Below, piece after piece: positions 28,242 through 37,829 of a stretch of DNA of 64,000 nt. Position 1 is the stretch's first letter. Each line of letters begins with the position of its first letter. A program made the position numbers and the translations under genes. The notes beneath the pieces were generated by a model. It was given only the letters and a program-made list of their open reading frames with translations. It did not search any database and had not been told where the DNA came from. Source of the DNA: Candidatus Peribacterales bacterium (GTDB lineage: Bacteria > Patescibacteriota > Gracilibacteria > Peribacterales > Peribacteraceae); NCBI GenBank assembly GCA_035289645.1, contig DATDWL010000012.1:1818-65817 (forward strand), in the 5' to 3' direction.

Positions 28242-29231
28242 ATGCCAAATTACCGAAATGTCGATGTTTCCCCTCTTTTTCGGGCAGCCGGCCTAGAGAC
28301 GAGAGGCTTACAACCGATCCATGAAACTTCGAAGATGTATCCTTTTAAAAATGGAGATGTCACGCAGAACTGGTCGTACTTTATGATCTCTGGTCTCAGA
28401 AAGTTACAGGAAACACTGGTGCAAAATTATCAAAAACTCCCTGAGAACATAGGCATTGTTGGAATAGGAAGCGGGGTCGAAGGCATTGCTGCGGCAAGAA
28501 TTTTCCATGAATCGATACGGCGGCTCTTTGTTACGGACATTGATCAGAAAATTCTTGAGGGTGCTGTCTCCAATATAAAGAGGAATGTCGATACAAAAAA
28601 AGTAGAAGTTGTTGGCCATGTCGGATCATTTGCAGAACCGCTCGAAGCGAAAGAAGTACAACTTGATCTCATCGCCGGCAACGTGCCGAATTTGCCATCG
28701 GCGCAAGATCAAAAACTAAGGTCCGGTGCAGATTTAGGAACATTCATGCCGCGTGGATTGTACGAGAAATACACTCCGCCCGAAAAATTTGTGAAGTGGG
28801 CGCTTGGCGCACAGTATGCTTACCTCACCAGTGCTTCCCGTGTCGTACGGGAGGGGGGATCTGCTTTAACACTCGTCGGTGGAAGATTTCCCTTACCGCT
28901 CGTAAAAGAGCTTTTCGAAGCAGCTGGATTTGGAAGCTCAAACGAAGTGATAGCAGGATACAAAGAACAAACGGAACCAGAGCCTGATTTTAAGGGATAC
29001 AGCAAATTTGAAGCCGGATTCACTGATGTGTCGTTTGATTTCTACGTGCAAAAAGCAGCAGAGCAGATTCTGGCAAATGCGAATATCGAGAATCCAACGA
29101 GCAGACACACGGGGGTACAAATTAAAGGTGTACTGAAGGATCAGAGGAAATCTGCACTCGCGGCACTTGTTCTATACCCGCAAGGTATTTCATGCGGCCA
29201 TACGGTGCACCTGTTCCAAGGAGTAAAATGA
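28242..29231 (+). CDS. Class I SAM-dependent methyltransferase-fold protein
   Basis: Motif I-like IVGIGSGVEGIAAA, acidic motif II LFVTDID, motif IV-like IAGNVPNLP (NPPY-like). ATG at 28242 preferred to 28176. Confidence 0.55.
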   Translation: MPNYRNVDVSPLFRAAGLETRGLQPIHETSKMYPFKNGDVTQNWSYFMISGLRKLQETLVQNYQKLPENIGIVGIGSGVEGIAAARIFHESIRRLFVTDIDQKILEGAVSNIKRNVDTKKVEVVGHVGSFAEPLEAKEVQLDLIAGNVPNLPSAQDQKLRSGADLGTFMPRGLYEKYTPPEKFVKWALGAQYAYLTSASRVVREGGSALTLVGGRFPLPLVKELFEAAGFGSSNEVIAGYKEQTEPEPDFKGYSKFEAGFTDVSFDFYVQKAAEQILANANIENPTSRHTGVQIKGVLKDQRKSALAALVLYPQGISCGHTVHLFQGVK

Positions 29232-30115
29232 AGGCGCCCGGAAACACTCCATGTATTCGACTTCCAGAATGGGAATCCACACTCGGACTCGATGGCATAT
29301 GGGTAAAAGATGAAAGCGCAAATCCAACGGGGACATACAAAGATCGACGAAGTGCAGCCATTGTGCAACAAGCAACAAAACAACTGGTGGATAAACTTGT
29401 CCTCATATCTGCCGGCAATGCGGCGTACAGTCTTGCAAAGTATGCAGAGGATTCGGGCATCGAAGTACATGCCGTTATCGATCGCAATTTAACGGCAGGT
29501 ATTAAGAGTGTCCTGCAAAGAGTGTGTAAACAGGTGATCGAAGTGGAATTAGGGGCAAAATTACTCCAATCGGATGAGCTTATTGCAATGGTTCGTACAT
29601 CACCGGGGGAATTAATTTGGAATGTCAGCAATGGTTTCCATGATGCATACAAGCAAATCGTTCTTGAATTACAAAGAGATCTTCCTCATCAGCCAGATTC
29701 CATCGCCATGCCATTTGGAGGTGGCGAAGCAATGGTCGGCGTGGCATTGGGTGTTGCTGATGCAAGATGGCAGGACAGGACAACAGTCGTCGGGTTTCAT
29801 AACAATCAATCAGAACGGTTAAAAACCAGTGCTTTCTGCAAAGCATATGTCACTTATCTACGTGCTGACAAAATGCCTTGCACCCCTGTTATCGATATGA
29901 CAACCTCCGAGCCCCTAGATGGCGTACAACGGAACTATGTCCCCGCAGGTCTTCGGGTAGAAGAAGCGGGAAGTAATACTTTTCAGGCCGTTCGTGTCTT
30001 CGCTCATAATGATCGGCAAGAGAATAAAGTCGGCAACCATTTTGGAAAAAACATCGTCATTGTGAACTCAGGGTACGGCAAAGTACTCGAGGAGGCGGGA
30101 ATGGCGAATACATGA
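29228..30115 (+). CDS. Fold-type II PLP-dependent enzyme (Thr-synthase/Cys-synthase superfamily)
   Basis: WVKDESANPTGTYKDRRS carries the Schiff-base Lys context (xTGSFKDR-like). Also SAGNAA and PFGGGE loops. The ATG at 29228 forms ATGA with the upstream stop. Confidence 0.65.
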   Translation: MKAPGNTPCIRLPEWESTLGLDGIWVKDESANPTGTYKDRRSAAIVQQATKQLVDKLVLISAGNAAYSLAKYAEDSGIEVHAVIDRNLTAGIKSVLQRVCKQVIEVELGAKLLQSDELIAMVRTSPGELIWNVSNGFHDAYKQIVLELQRDLPHQPDSIAMPFGGGEAMVGVALGVADARWQDRTTVVGFHNNQSERLKTSAFCKAYVTYLRADKMPCTPVIDMTTSEPLDGVQRNYVPAGLRVEEAGSNTFQAVRVFAHNDRQENKVGNHFGKNIVIVNSGYGKVLEEAGMANT

Positions 30116-30134
30116 TGACAGAAGAAAAAAGAGG

Positions 30135-31244
30135 GTGTACAATCGTAACCCTATGCCTGTTTCCCTCATCAATGCCTCACTCGCGTGGGCAACGCTCAAT
30201 CTCCTCACAAAGAAGCGCTACGATTTTTTGATGGAAACATACGGTTCGCTTGAGGAAGCATGGGCACACCTCGATCAAACGATGCTGAAGCAACTTGGAT
30301 GTAGAGAGGAAACAATCCTGAAAACACTCAACGAGGTAGAAGAGCTTGATCTTTCCGCACACGAAAAATTTCTTACGAAGAGCAGCATTCGACTTATCGT
30401 GATGAATGATGAAGAGTATCCGGAGGCCCTGCGCGATATTGCCGATCCTCCTGTATTTCTCTTCGCACGGGGAAATCTGGCACTCCTCCGTGAGCCGATG
30501 ATTGCCGTAGTTGGGACGAGGAATATGAGTGCATATGGGCGACGAATCATTTCCACATTCGTGCCAGAATTTATTCGTGCAGGATTTGTAACCGTGAGCG
30601 GCCTTGCGATCGGCATCGATGCGGAAGTGGCGAAGGAAACAATGGCGGCGGGAGGAAAAACCATCGCAGTGCTTGGTGCTGGCCTTGGTGCCATCTATCC
30701 CAAAGCGAATGCAAGACTTGCGGATGAAATCGTCGCGCACGATGGACTCCTCCTCACCGAGTACCCACTGCACATCGCGCCCGATAAATACACATTTCCC
30801 GCACGCAACCGAATAATTGCTGGAATAAGCCTAGGAACGCTCGTTGCGGAAGCGGCGGCACAGAGCGGTTCTCTGATTACAGCGAGCCTTGCACTCGAAT
30901 ATGGCAAAGAGGTATTTGCCGTTCCCGGACCCATCTTTGATCCCAATATGGAAGGAACACACCACTTGATTCAAAAGAGCGGAGCAAAACTTGTGGCATC
31001 GGCACAGGATGTCCTTGTGGAACTTGGCGTTATCGTGCCATCAGAAAGCCAAAAATCAACCTACCATCCGCAAACTCCCGATGAAGAACTCCTGCAAAAA
31101 AATCTCACCACAATGCCACAAAGCGTAGATACCCTTGCAGAGAAATCAGGCATGCCTATTTCCTCGATCAATGCCACTCTCACGCTGATGGAATTGAAGG
31201 GTGGAGCGAAGAATGTGGGGAGCGGGCAGTGGGTGCATTTATGA
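30135..31244 (+). CDS. dprA: DNA-processing protein A (DNA protecting protein)
   Basis: VVGTRNMSAYG..VSGLAIGIDAEVAKETMAAGGKTIAVLGAGL..FPARNRIIAG.. Rossmann core, plus C-terminal winged-helix-like tail. Confidence 0.85.
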   Translation: MYNRNPMPVSLINASLAWATLNLLTKKRYDFLMETYGSLEEAWAHLDQTMLKQLGCREETILKTLNEVEELDLSAHEKFLTKSSIRLIVMNDEEYPEALRDIADPPVFLFARGNLALLREPMIAVVGTRNMSAYGRRIISTFVPEFIRAGFVTVSGLAIGIDAEVAKETMAAGGKTIAVLGAGLGAIYPKANARLADEIVAHDGLLLTEYPLHIAPDKYTFPARNRIIAGISLGTLVAEAAAQSGSLITASLALEYGKEVFAVPGPIFDPNMEGTHHLIQKSGAKLVASAQDVLVELGVIVPSESQKSTYHPQTPDEELLQKNLTTMPQSVDTLAEKSGMPISSINATLTLMELKGGAKNVGSGQWVHL

Positions 31245-31358
31245 TTAACATTGATGGTTTGCTTGTAGCTGGTTTTCTCGATGTTCTAGCAAACCAATAA
31301 ACCATCACCCCGTTCTCATCTTGAAGCAAAAAACCTTTGTTTCCGCTATACTGTCCTC

Positions 31359-31541
31359 ATGTGGCCATTTCGCTGCAAGCATAAGAAGTGTTCCCGGCTC
31401 GAAAAACTGATCACAGGGCTTGTAATCGGCGGGGCGATTGGATCGATCGTCGGAAAAACCCTCATGGATCACATGCGGGAGGAGAAGGAAAAAGAAGAAA
31501 AGAACGAAGAAACCGATATCGAAGAAAGTGACGAGGAATAG
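31359..31541 (+). CDS. Hypothetical small membrane protein
   Basis: 60 aa. One Gly-rich TM helix (LITGLVIGGAIGSIVG) followed by an acidic tail. Confidence 0.3.
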   Translation: MWPFRCKHKKCSRLEKLITGLVIGGAIGSIVGKTLMDHMREEKEKEEKNEETDIEESDEE

Positions 31542-31548
31542 TTTCTTG

Positions 31549-32553
31549 CTACAAGTACTTCGCCTTATTCACATTATGGGCGTCATTTGTCTCCGCATAA
31601 TGAATAAGCCCACCGCTGCCATGGAGGTAGTACCAGTACAGTGATTCTTCCGGATGGAGAGCTGCGCGAATACTTGCAAGACCGGGGCTTGCGATTGGTC
31701 CGGGGGGCAAACCTGCGTATTTCCTCGTGTTATAGCGGGAATCAATTTCGAGATCTTTCTTCGTGAGTGGCTCCGTCTCTTTCCCAAGGACGTAGCGTAT
31801 GGTCGCATCCACCGCTAATCCCTGCTTCGCATCAAATCGTTTCCAGAGAATGCCGGCAATCACAGGACGTTCTATATCGTTTGCAGCTTCCCGCTCGATG
31901 AGCGATGCCATGATGATGATGTCGCCAAGTGAACGTTTCGATAAAACCAAATCATCATTGAGCCCGTTCATCACGCGATCACGGAATGTGCCGAGCATGC
32001 GCTCCAGAAAAAACTTTGCAACAAATTCATTCGGATCAACATAGTACGTATCTGGGAAGAGATATCCCTCTAATCGTCCACTCATGCCATTGTTGCCGGA
32101 AGAATCGGGGAGGAAATCAAATGAGGAAAAATCGCACTGGTCGTTGGCGCACTCAAGGATTTCATTTAGTTGAATCAGCCCTTTTGTCGCAAGAAGTGCA
32201 TCAATTTGCCGAATCGTAAAGCCCTCGGGGATCGTGATAACGCTCTGCCCCCCTTGTGTTTCGCGTAAAATTTTCGCAATATCCGCAAAGCGAGAGCCAG
32301 GTGGGATCTCAAACGTTCCCGTACGAATGCCGGTATCGAGCCCCTGCGATTGCAAGTACCATCGGAAGACCGTTGCCGAGGAAATCACTCCTCTCTCTTT
32401 GAGCTCCGTTGCAATATCTCGCACCGTCATGCCACTCATGATGTGGATCTCTGTCGCAAGACTCCCCTCTTCCGTCCCGATCATTTGAACGGAAAAAATG
32501 GTTGCTCCAAAAGAAAGGAGGAAAAGAAAGAGGAGGATGCGGAGGAATTTCAT
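31549..32553 (-). CDS. mltG: Endolytic murein transglycosylase MltG (YceG-like)
   Basis: N-terminal TM, LysM-like segment, ASLIEREA catalytic region, YNTRKYAGLPPGPIASPG, YYL..G..HYAET. ATG at 32553 preferred to TTG at 32583. Confidence 0.85.
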   Translation of the reverse strand: MKFLRILLFLFLLSFGATIFSVQMIGTEEGSLATEIHIMSGMTVRDIATELKERGVISSATVFRWYLQSQGLDTGIRTGTFEIPPGSRFADIAKILRETQGGQSVITIPEGFTIRQIDALLATKGLIQLNEILECANDQCDFSSFDFLPDSSGNNGMSGRLEGYLFPDTYYVDPNEFVAKFFLERMLGTFRDRVMNGLNDDLVLSKRSLGDIIIMASLIEREAANDIERPVIAGILWKRFDAKQGLAVDATIRYVLGKETEPLTKKDLEIDSRYNTRKYAGLPPGPIASPGLASIRAALHPEESLYWYYLHGSGGLIHYAETNDAHNVNKAKYL

Positions 32554-32705
32554 TGGAGGAAGTATACAGCTTTCTTCGAGCAAACGAGCTCATGCGAAGC
32601 ATGAGCGAGTAAGTCGAGAAGCATAAAAAAGACAAAGCTTCTCGAATCGCTCAGCCCTGCAGGGCTTCGCTCGTTCCCACCTTGGCGGGCAGGCGAAGAA
32701 AACAA

Positions 32706-32987
32706 TTATTGACCTAGCCCCAACTCACCCATCACTCCCTGCATCTTCTCCGCCGCTACAATCTGCGCTTTATTCATCGCACGATTGAGCGCATCTTTGA
32801 GTAAATCTGGAATCTGTTCTCGAGGAACATCAGGCAAAATCTGGATGGAAACAACCTTCTGTTCGCCATCCACAATAACGGTGACTCCGCGAGCCTCTGC
32901 CTCGATATGGATCGTCCGAAGCTCCTTTTTAGCCTGTTTCGCCTGTTTCTGCAGGCGGTACATATCTTTGGCTTTTTGGAACACCAT
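32706..32987 (-). CDS. ybaB: YbaB/EbfC family nucleoid-associated protein
   Basis: 93 aa. MYRLQKQAKQAKKEL..EAEARGVTVIVDGEQKVVSIQI.. is the family pattern. Confidence 0.8.
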   Translation of the reverse strand: MVFQKAKDMYRLQKQAKQAKKELRTIHIEAEARGVTVIVDGEQKVVSIQILPDVPREQIPDLLKDALNRAMNKAQIVAAEKMQGVMGELGLGQ

Positions 32988-33126
32988 ACGAAGAGTATAG
33001 AACGAATCATGGGGAAAACGAAGAATCCATCAGCAATTTTCTACTTCATATCCATTCAATTTTTGATCCTAGGCCTCTCTACACCTCATTCATCACTACT
33101 CAAAATTTGAGCTGAGAAAATAGAAA

Positions 33127-35757
33127 TCAAGTCAACCCTATCCGATCCCCAATCTCCTGATCCACAAAGACCTTCTTCCTCCCGTACTTCATGCGGCTGT
33201 ATTCTTTAACAAGCCCCGCCATTTTAAGATCCTTTCCTGTTTCGTCCCAAATCGTTTCCATGGAAAACGGGCGCGAGGTTGTGTTGTTGATGTTCAATTT
33301 GATGTAGCACTTGTAGTTTGCAATACCGATCACATCCTGCTCGCTGAGTACCGGTGCGTATTCCTTGGCCATATACTCCGCATCTTCGGCGCCGATCTTA
33401 AAACTTTGCATGGTACCGACGTTACCGAAGACCGCATCGCGGAGCTTCGTATTCTGCTGCTCGTAGGCAGAAGTTTTTGCAACAAGCTGACCGATGTATT
33501 GGTGAGCCATGATGAGCGAGAGATGATACTTGCGAGCTTCGGAAAGAATTGTTGCAAATGCATCGGTGGTGAAGTTTTGGAATTCGTCGACGTAGAGGTA
33601 AAAATCTTTTCGTTGATCTTCCGGAACATCTGCGCGACTGAGTGCTGCCATATTCACTTTGTTCACGAAAATGAGGCCGAGGAGCTGCGCATTGGTATCG
33701 CCAATTTTTCCTTTGGAAAGATTCACGAGAAGCACCTTTTCTTCATCCATAATCTGCCGGACATCGAATGCGGATTTTGGCTGTCCGATGATGTTTCTGA
33801 TGGTGGTATTCGTGATGAAGGGACCGAATTTCGCCGAAAAGTATGGAATCATTTCCTCTTTTTCGCGCGCACCGGTCTTGGCGATTTCGTGCTCCCAGAA
33901 ACTTCGAACAACTGGATTCTTACACTTACTAACTTTGTAGCGCTGGAATTCGTCATCAACGTACAAGCGCGGCACATCGATGAGAGTTGCCCCTTCCTCC
34001 TCATCATCCATGAGCGTTAAGCAACCATTTCGGAAGTAGTGTTGAATACGGGGGCCGAAGATTTCGTTACCGAAGAGCTTGATGAAAATTTCCATGGCAT
34101 CGAGCGAGGCGCGGTCTTTCTCTTCATCCGAATGCGCCTCAAGAAGATTGAGTCCCATCGGGCGCTCGGTATCGGAAGGATTAAAAATGATCACATCTTT
34201 CGCGCGCTCCTTCGGCACATACATCAGCACATCTTCGATGAGGTCCCCATGGGGATCAACAAGGCACATTCCTTTGCCCCGCTGCAAATCTTGGCGGGCG
34301 CAATAACTAAGAAAGACCGATTTTCCCGTACCGGATTTCCCGATGATGTAGTGATGCCGCGTGCGATCGTGATCCATAATGCGCACGTCGCTAAGCTGCC
34401 CTCGATACCGATTGCGGCCAATGAGGATACCTTCGGTCGGCAAATCCGCAGGAGGTGGCAAGACCTTGTACTGAATCCATTCAATGATTGGAATTTTGTT
34501 ATAACGGCTGTCCGGGAAGTGATAAATCGTTGCAAGTTCCTGCTCTGTCAGCAAACATGTTGAATGGAAAAATCCGTTGATTCGATGCTTCCAAAGCCAA
34601 TGGATAAGCGGTGCATTGAGTCGATATGGCAAAATATCAACAAGCATCCTATGGTTATCGAACCAGTTGCCATACTGGTCTTTAAACACGTTAAACGCCA
34701 CCTGCAGGTTGCTCGTAATTTCGACCGCCTTCTGCGTCGTCGTGGACGAAGCCAAAATACGCACCGAACAGTGGAACCCGCTCATCCCGGCCTTCTGTCC
34801 CATACGCTTGTAGAGTTCTTCTTCCGGTTGGATCATACGCACGAAAGAATCTCCTTGCGTTGCGCCGGGAGCGAATGTTGTCCTGTCCGCTTCACCGGGA
34901 ATAAGAATAGCCCCCACAATGCTGCCGATTGTTCCAAGGAGCGGGATTCCCTCCAGAAATGCTGCAAAACCACCCGCCTTTTTTCCCTTAAACGATCGTG
35001 AGGCATATTTCTTTACGCTCTTCTGCCACGAATCGCTAAACGTAGGATTGAGGATAATCTGCACAGTCGCTTTATCGGTATCTTGGAGTTTACTGAGCAC
35101 GTTCGTCACATCGTTGAGCGGATCATCTTGCATATTTTCGTATCCGCGAATCGGAAAAATGTACTTCTTATGGAGCTTCATGTAATACCCAACGAGGGCT
35201 GATCCCTTCGGCCATACATCGGGGGTGGATTTCTCCGGTGTAACCTCCGCCTGTGAATAGAACGAAGTAATTTGTTTCTCCACGATTCCTGCAAGTTGTT
35301 TTCTCACCACGATGTAAAACTTGATCTGATTTTTCTCCACAAAAAACTCAAAGCTCATAGTATTAAACCGCCAAATCCACGTATGCAGCACTGTCCATAC
35401 ATCGAGTGTTTTTACTTCCCAAAGCGCACGGAACAGCTGCTCCATGATCGCAATTTTCTCCTTCCAGTCTTTTTCCGTTCGTTTCTCTTCATCCACCTTG
35501 CTATCGTTTCGCGGGAGAAGCACTTTGAGCGTAACAAGATTTCGTGAATGCATGACTGCGTAGAAAAATCGCAGACCGTTCTTCACAATCACGCTCCACA
35601 CAAACCATATGGTGAGCAGAAAAAGCGTCCGATCGAGCGGATTCTCCATAAACCATGTCCATACAATGTGCCATACAGGAAGCTTGAGGATCCATGACCC
35701 TCCCGCAATGAGGAGGAGGATGACCGGCCAGAAGAAGAGGCGAAGAAACGTAATCAT
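33127..35757 (-). CDS. Membrane-anchored TraD/VirD4/TrwB-like (type IV coupling protein-like) P-loop ATPase
   Basis: N-terminal TM helices plus an internal one. Walker A IIGKSGTGKS, Walker B FYLYVDEFQNF, then ARKYHLSLIMAHQYIGQL. HerA/FtsK-clade architecture. Confidence 0.75.
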   Translation of the reverse strand: MITFLRLFFWPVILLLIAGGSWILKLPVWHIVWTWFMENPLDRTLFLLTIWFVWSVIVKNGLRFFYAVMHSRNLVTLKVLLPRNDSKVDEEKRTEKDWKEKIAIMEQLFRALWEVKTLDVWTVLHTWIWRFNTMSFEFFVEKNQIKFYIVVRKQLAGIVEKQITSFYSQAEVTPEKSTPDVWPKGSALVGYYMKLHKKYIFPIRGYENMQDDPLNDVTNVLSKLQDTDKATVQIILNPTFSDSWQKSVKKYASRSFKGKKAGGFAAFLEGIPLLGTIGSIVGAILIPGEADRTTFAPGATQGDSFVRMIQPEEELYKRMGQKAGMSGFHCSVRILASSTTTQKAVEITSNLQVAFNVFKDQYGNWFDNHRMLVDILPYRLNAPLIHWLWKHRINGFFHSTCLLTEQELATIYHFPDSRYNKIPIIEWIQYKVLPPPADLPTEGILIGRNRYRGQLSDVRIMDHDRTRHHYIIGKSGTGKSVFLSYCARQDLQRGKGMCLVDPHGDLIEDVLMYVPKERAKDVIIFNPSDTERPMGLNLLEAHSDEEKDRASLDAMEIFIKLFGNEIFGPRIQHYFRNGCLTLMDDEEEGATLIDVPRLYVDDEFQRYKVSKCKNPVVRSFWEHEIAKTGAREKEEMIPYFSAKFGPFITNTTIRNIIGQPKSAFDVRQIMDEEKVLLVNLSKGKIGDTNAQLLGLIFVNKVNMAALSRADVPEDQRKDFYLYVDEFQNFTTDAFATILSEARKYHLSLIMAHQYIGQLVAKTSAYEQQNTKLRDAVFGNVGTMQSFKIGAEDAEYMAKEYAPVLSEQDVIGIANYKCYIKLNINNTTSRPFSMETIWDETGKDLKMAGLVKEYSRMKYGRKKVFVDQEIGDRIGLT

Positions 35758-35775
35758 GGAATGAATGCGGGTATC

Positions 35776-36513
35776 TTACACCCGTAATGTGAGAAGTATG
35801 GGTAAGTGATCGGACGCAAGTACGGGGAGCACCTCAAGATCCTCGATCGGAAGATCTTCCGAACAAAGAAAGAGATCCAAAGCGCGCGTAGGATGCGCCG
35901 ATGGAAATGTAAGATCATGAAGGGTGTTGATGATTTTTAACCGGCACGAGACGATGATGTCCGTCAGTTCATCCACACCATTAAAAATGTTGAAGTCGCC
36001 GCAAAGAATCACATGTCGGCGGCAACTAATAATGTCGCGAATTTCCTTCAACTGCGATGCTCTCGTTTTACGTCGGAGTGAAAGATGCGCCACAAGGAGC
36101 GAAATCTCCTCCGTGAGGCGCACCTCGTACACGAGCTTTTTAGCACCATGCCGGAGGTAATGCGCAGAAAATGGAAAATCTTTCCGAGCAAAATACCCGC
36201 TGAGATTTCCGCGAAAATACGGGAGATGCCCAAGCATGCTGTTGCGACCGTATTTATTCCGGAATGTGTGCACGGGATACTCCCATAGGCGCTGGATGAA
36301 CCGCTTCACGCGGCGAACTTCCACAAAGCAACAGAGATCGGGCTGCACCTCGTCCACCATTCGATCAATCATTGTTAGTACATCGGCAATCACCCGCTTT
36401 GGCGTATAGACGTAGCGCAAACAATGCATGGCGTAGTCGGCGAGCGATCCGCGCATGCCGGTACAGTAGCCAACATTGTAGAAAAGGATGCGGGTCGTTT
36501 CGCCTTGCGGCAT
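35776..36513 (-). CDS. Endonuclease/exonuclease/phosphatase (EEP) family protein
   Basis: ILFYNVGY.., CCFVEV, ILCGDFN and C-terminal ASDHLPILLTL are the EEP catalytic motifs. Its stop lies 18 nt from the start of the downstream ATPase. Confidence 0.7.
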   Translation of the reverse strand: MPQGETTRILFYNVGYCTGMRGSLADYAMHCLRYVYTPKRVIADVLTMIDRMVDEVQPDLCCFVEVRRVKRFIQRLWEYPVHTFRNKYGRNSMLGHLPYFRGNLSGYFARKDFPFSAHYLRHGAKKLVYEVRLTEEISLLVAHLSLRRKTRASQLKEIRDIISCRRHVILCGDFNIFNGVDELTDIIVSCRLKIINTLHDLTFPSAHPTRALDLFLCSEDLPIEDLEVLPVLASDHLPILLTLRV

Positions 36514-36556
36514 AACAGTTGTGGAATGTGTATTTTGGTATAATTATACCACAGAT

Positions 36557-37573
36557 ATGCCAATTCCGCTCCTCATCTCCAACCTCACCAATATCCGATA
36601 CCTCACAGGGGTTGCAATGACGTTTGGGATGATGATCGTGGATGGGCGAAAGCGTTCGCTCTTTGTGGATAGCCGCTACATCGAAAAAGCCACAAAGGAA
36701 TGCGTCAAAGGCATCGCAGTGCTTCCGATGGATGACTTGGAGCAGTGCATAGCATCCTATAAACGCATGCGATTTGAGTCGGAGGATGTGAGCGTTGCCC
36801 GTCTTCTGCGATGGGAAAAAAGATACCGCAAAACACGATTCGTACCCTCCACGGGAGTGATTGAGGAGGGGAGAAGAGTGAAGAACGCAGCGGAAATTCG
36901 ATCAATTAAAAAAGCATGCAGCATCACAGATCGTGTCATGATGGAGATACCCGTCTTCCTGCACACCCGAGGAATCACGGAAAAAAAACTCGCCTTGCTC
37001 ATCGAAAATCTTTCGAGAGATATCGGTGCCGATGCCATGGCGTTCGATACAATCGTTGCCTTCGGGAATCACACCGCCCGCCCTCACCACTCCCCCACCG
37101 ATCGATTACTGGAAAAAAACGACATCGTTCAAATCGACATGGGAGTAAAAGTAAATGGTTACTGTTCGGATTGTTCGCGCGTTTTCTTTGTAGGAAATGT
37201 ATCGGAAGAACAGCGCAGAGTATTTATTCTTCTTGTGAAGATCGTGGCCAAATGTACGAAGAGAGCTCGATCTGGCGCAACGAACCACACTCTAGATCTC
37301 TGTGCGCGAAAGATGCTCGGCAAATACGAGCCATGCTTCACGCACGGTCTTGGTCATGGCGTTGGACTGGAAATTCATGAAGGTGCGTCGATTAGTACTC
37401 GCGCACCGAAACAGACGATAAAGAAGAACGAAGTGATCACCATCGAACCCGGCATATACCTCCCGGGCAAATTTGGCATGCGGGTCGAAGATACGATTCT
37501 GGTGCAAAACTCCGGAGGAAAAACGCTCACTTTCTGCAGTAAATTATTGCCGAAGGGCTGCAAGAACGGCTAG
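36557..37573 (+). CDS. pepP: Xaa-Pro aminopeptidase (M24B)
   Basis: FDTIVAFGNHTARPHH, DMGVKVNGYCSDCSR, HGLGHGVGLEIHE, EPGIY..G..GMRVEDT metal-ligand pattern. Confidence 0.8.
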   Translation: MPIPLLISNLTNIRYLTGVAMTFGMMIVDGRKRSLFVDSRYIEKATKECVKGIAVLPMDDLEQCIASYKRMRFESEDVSVARLLRWEKRYRKTRFVPSTGVIEEGRRVKNAAEIRSIKKACSITDRVMMEIPVFLHTRGITEKKLALLIENLSRDIGADAMAFDTIVAFGNHTARPHHSPTDRLLEKNDIVQIDMGVKVNGYCSDCSRVFFVGNVSEEQRRVFILLVKIVAKCTKRARSGATNHTLDLCARKMLGKYEPCFTHGLGHGVGLEIHEGASISTRAPKQTIKKNEVITIEPGIYLPGKFGMRVEDTILVQNSGGKTLTFCSKLLPKGCKNG

Positions 37574-37586
37574 TATCAGCCATAGC

Positions 37587-37829
37587 ATGGACGAAGACAC
37601 TCCACCAAAGTTACTCTCCGCTGCGGAAATCGTCGCAATGCATAGAGCAGAGCAATGGGAAGCGGGTCAAAGGAAAATATCACCCGGCGTGTACATTGCC
37701 GTTGCAACTTTGGTCTTCACGGCAACCATTGCCATAGCTTCTCTTATGCACTACGCGTCTCAAGGAGAGAAGAAAGACGGGAAATCGGGATCTCCTCCTG
37801 CTTCAGTGAGTCCCGATCACGAACCGTGA
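37587..37829 (+). CDS. Hypothetical small membrane protein (doubtful)
   Basis: 80 aa with one TM helix. Its 3' end overlaps the convergent glyQS 3' end by 86 nt. Confidence 0.25.
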   Translation: MDEDTPPKLLSAAEIVAMHRAEQWEAGQRKISPGVYIAVATLVFTATIAIASLMHYASQGEKKDGKSGSPPASVSPDHEP

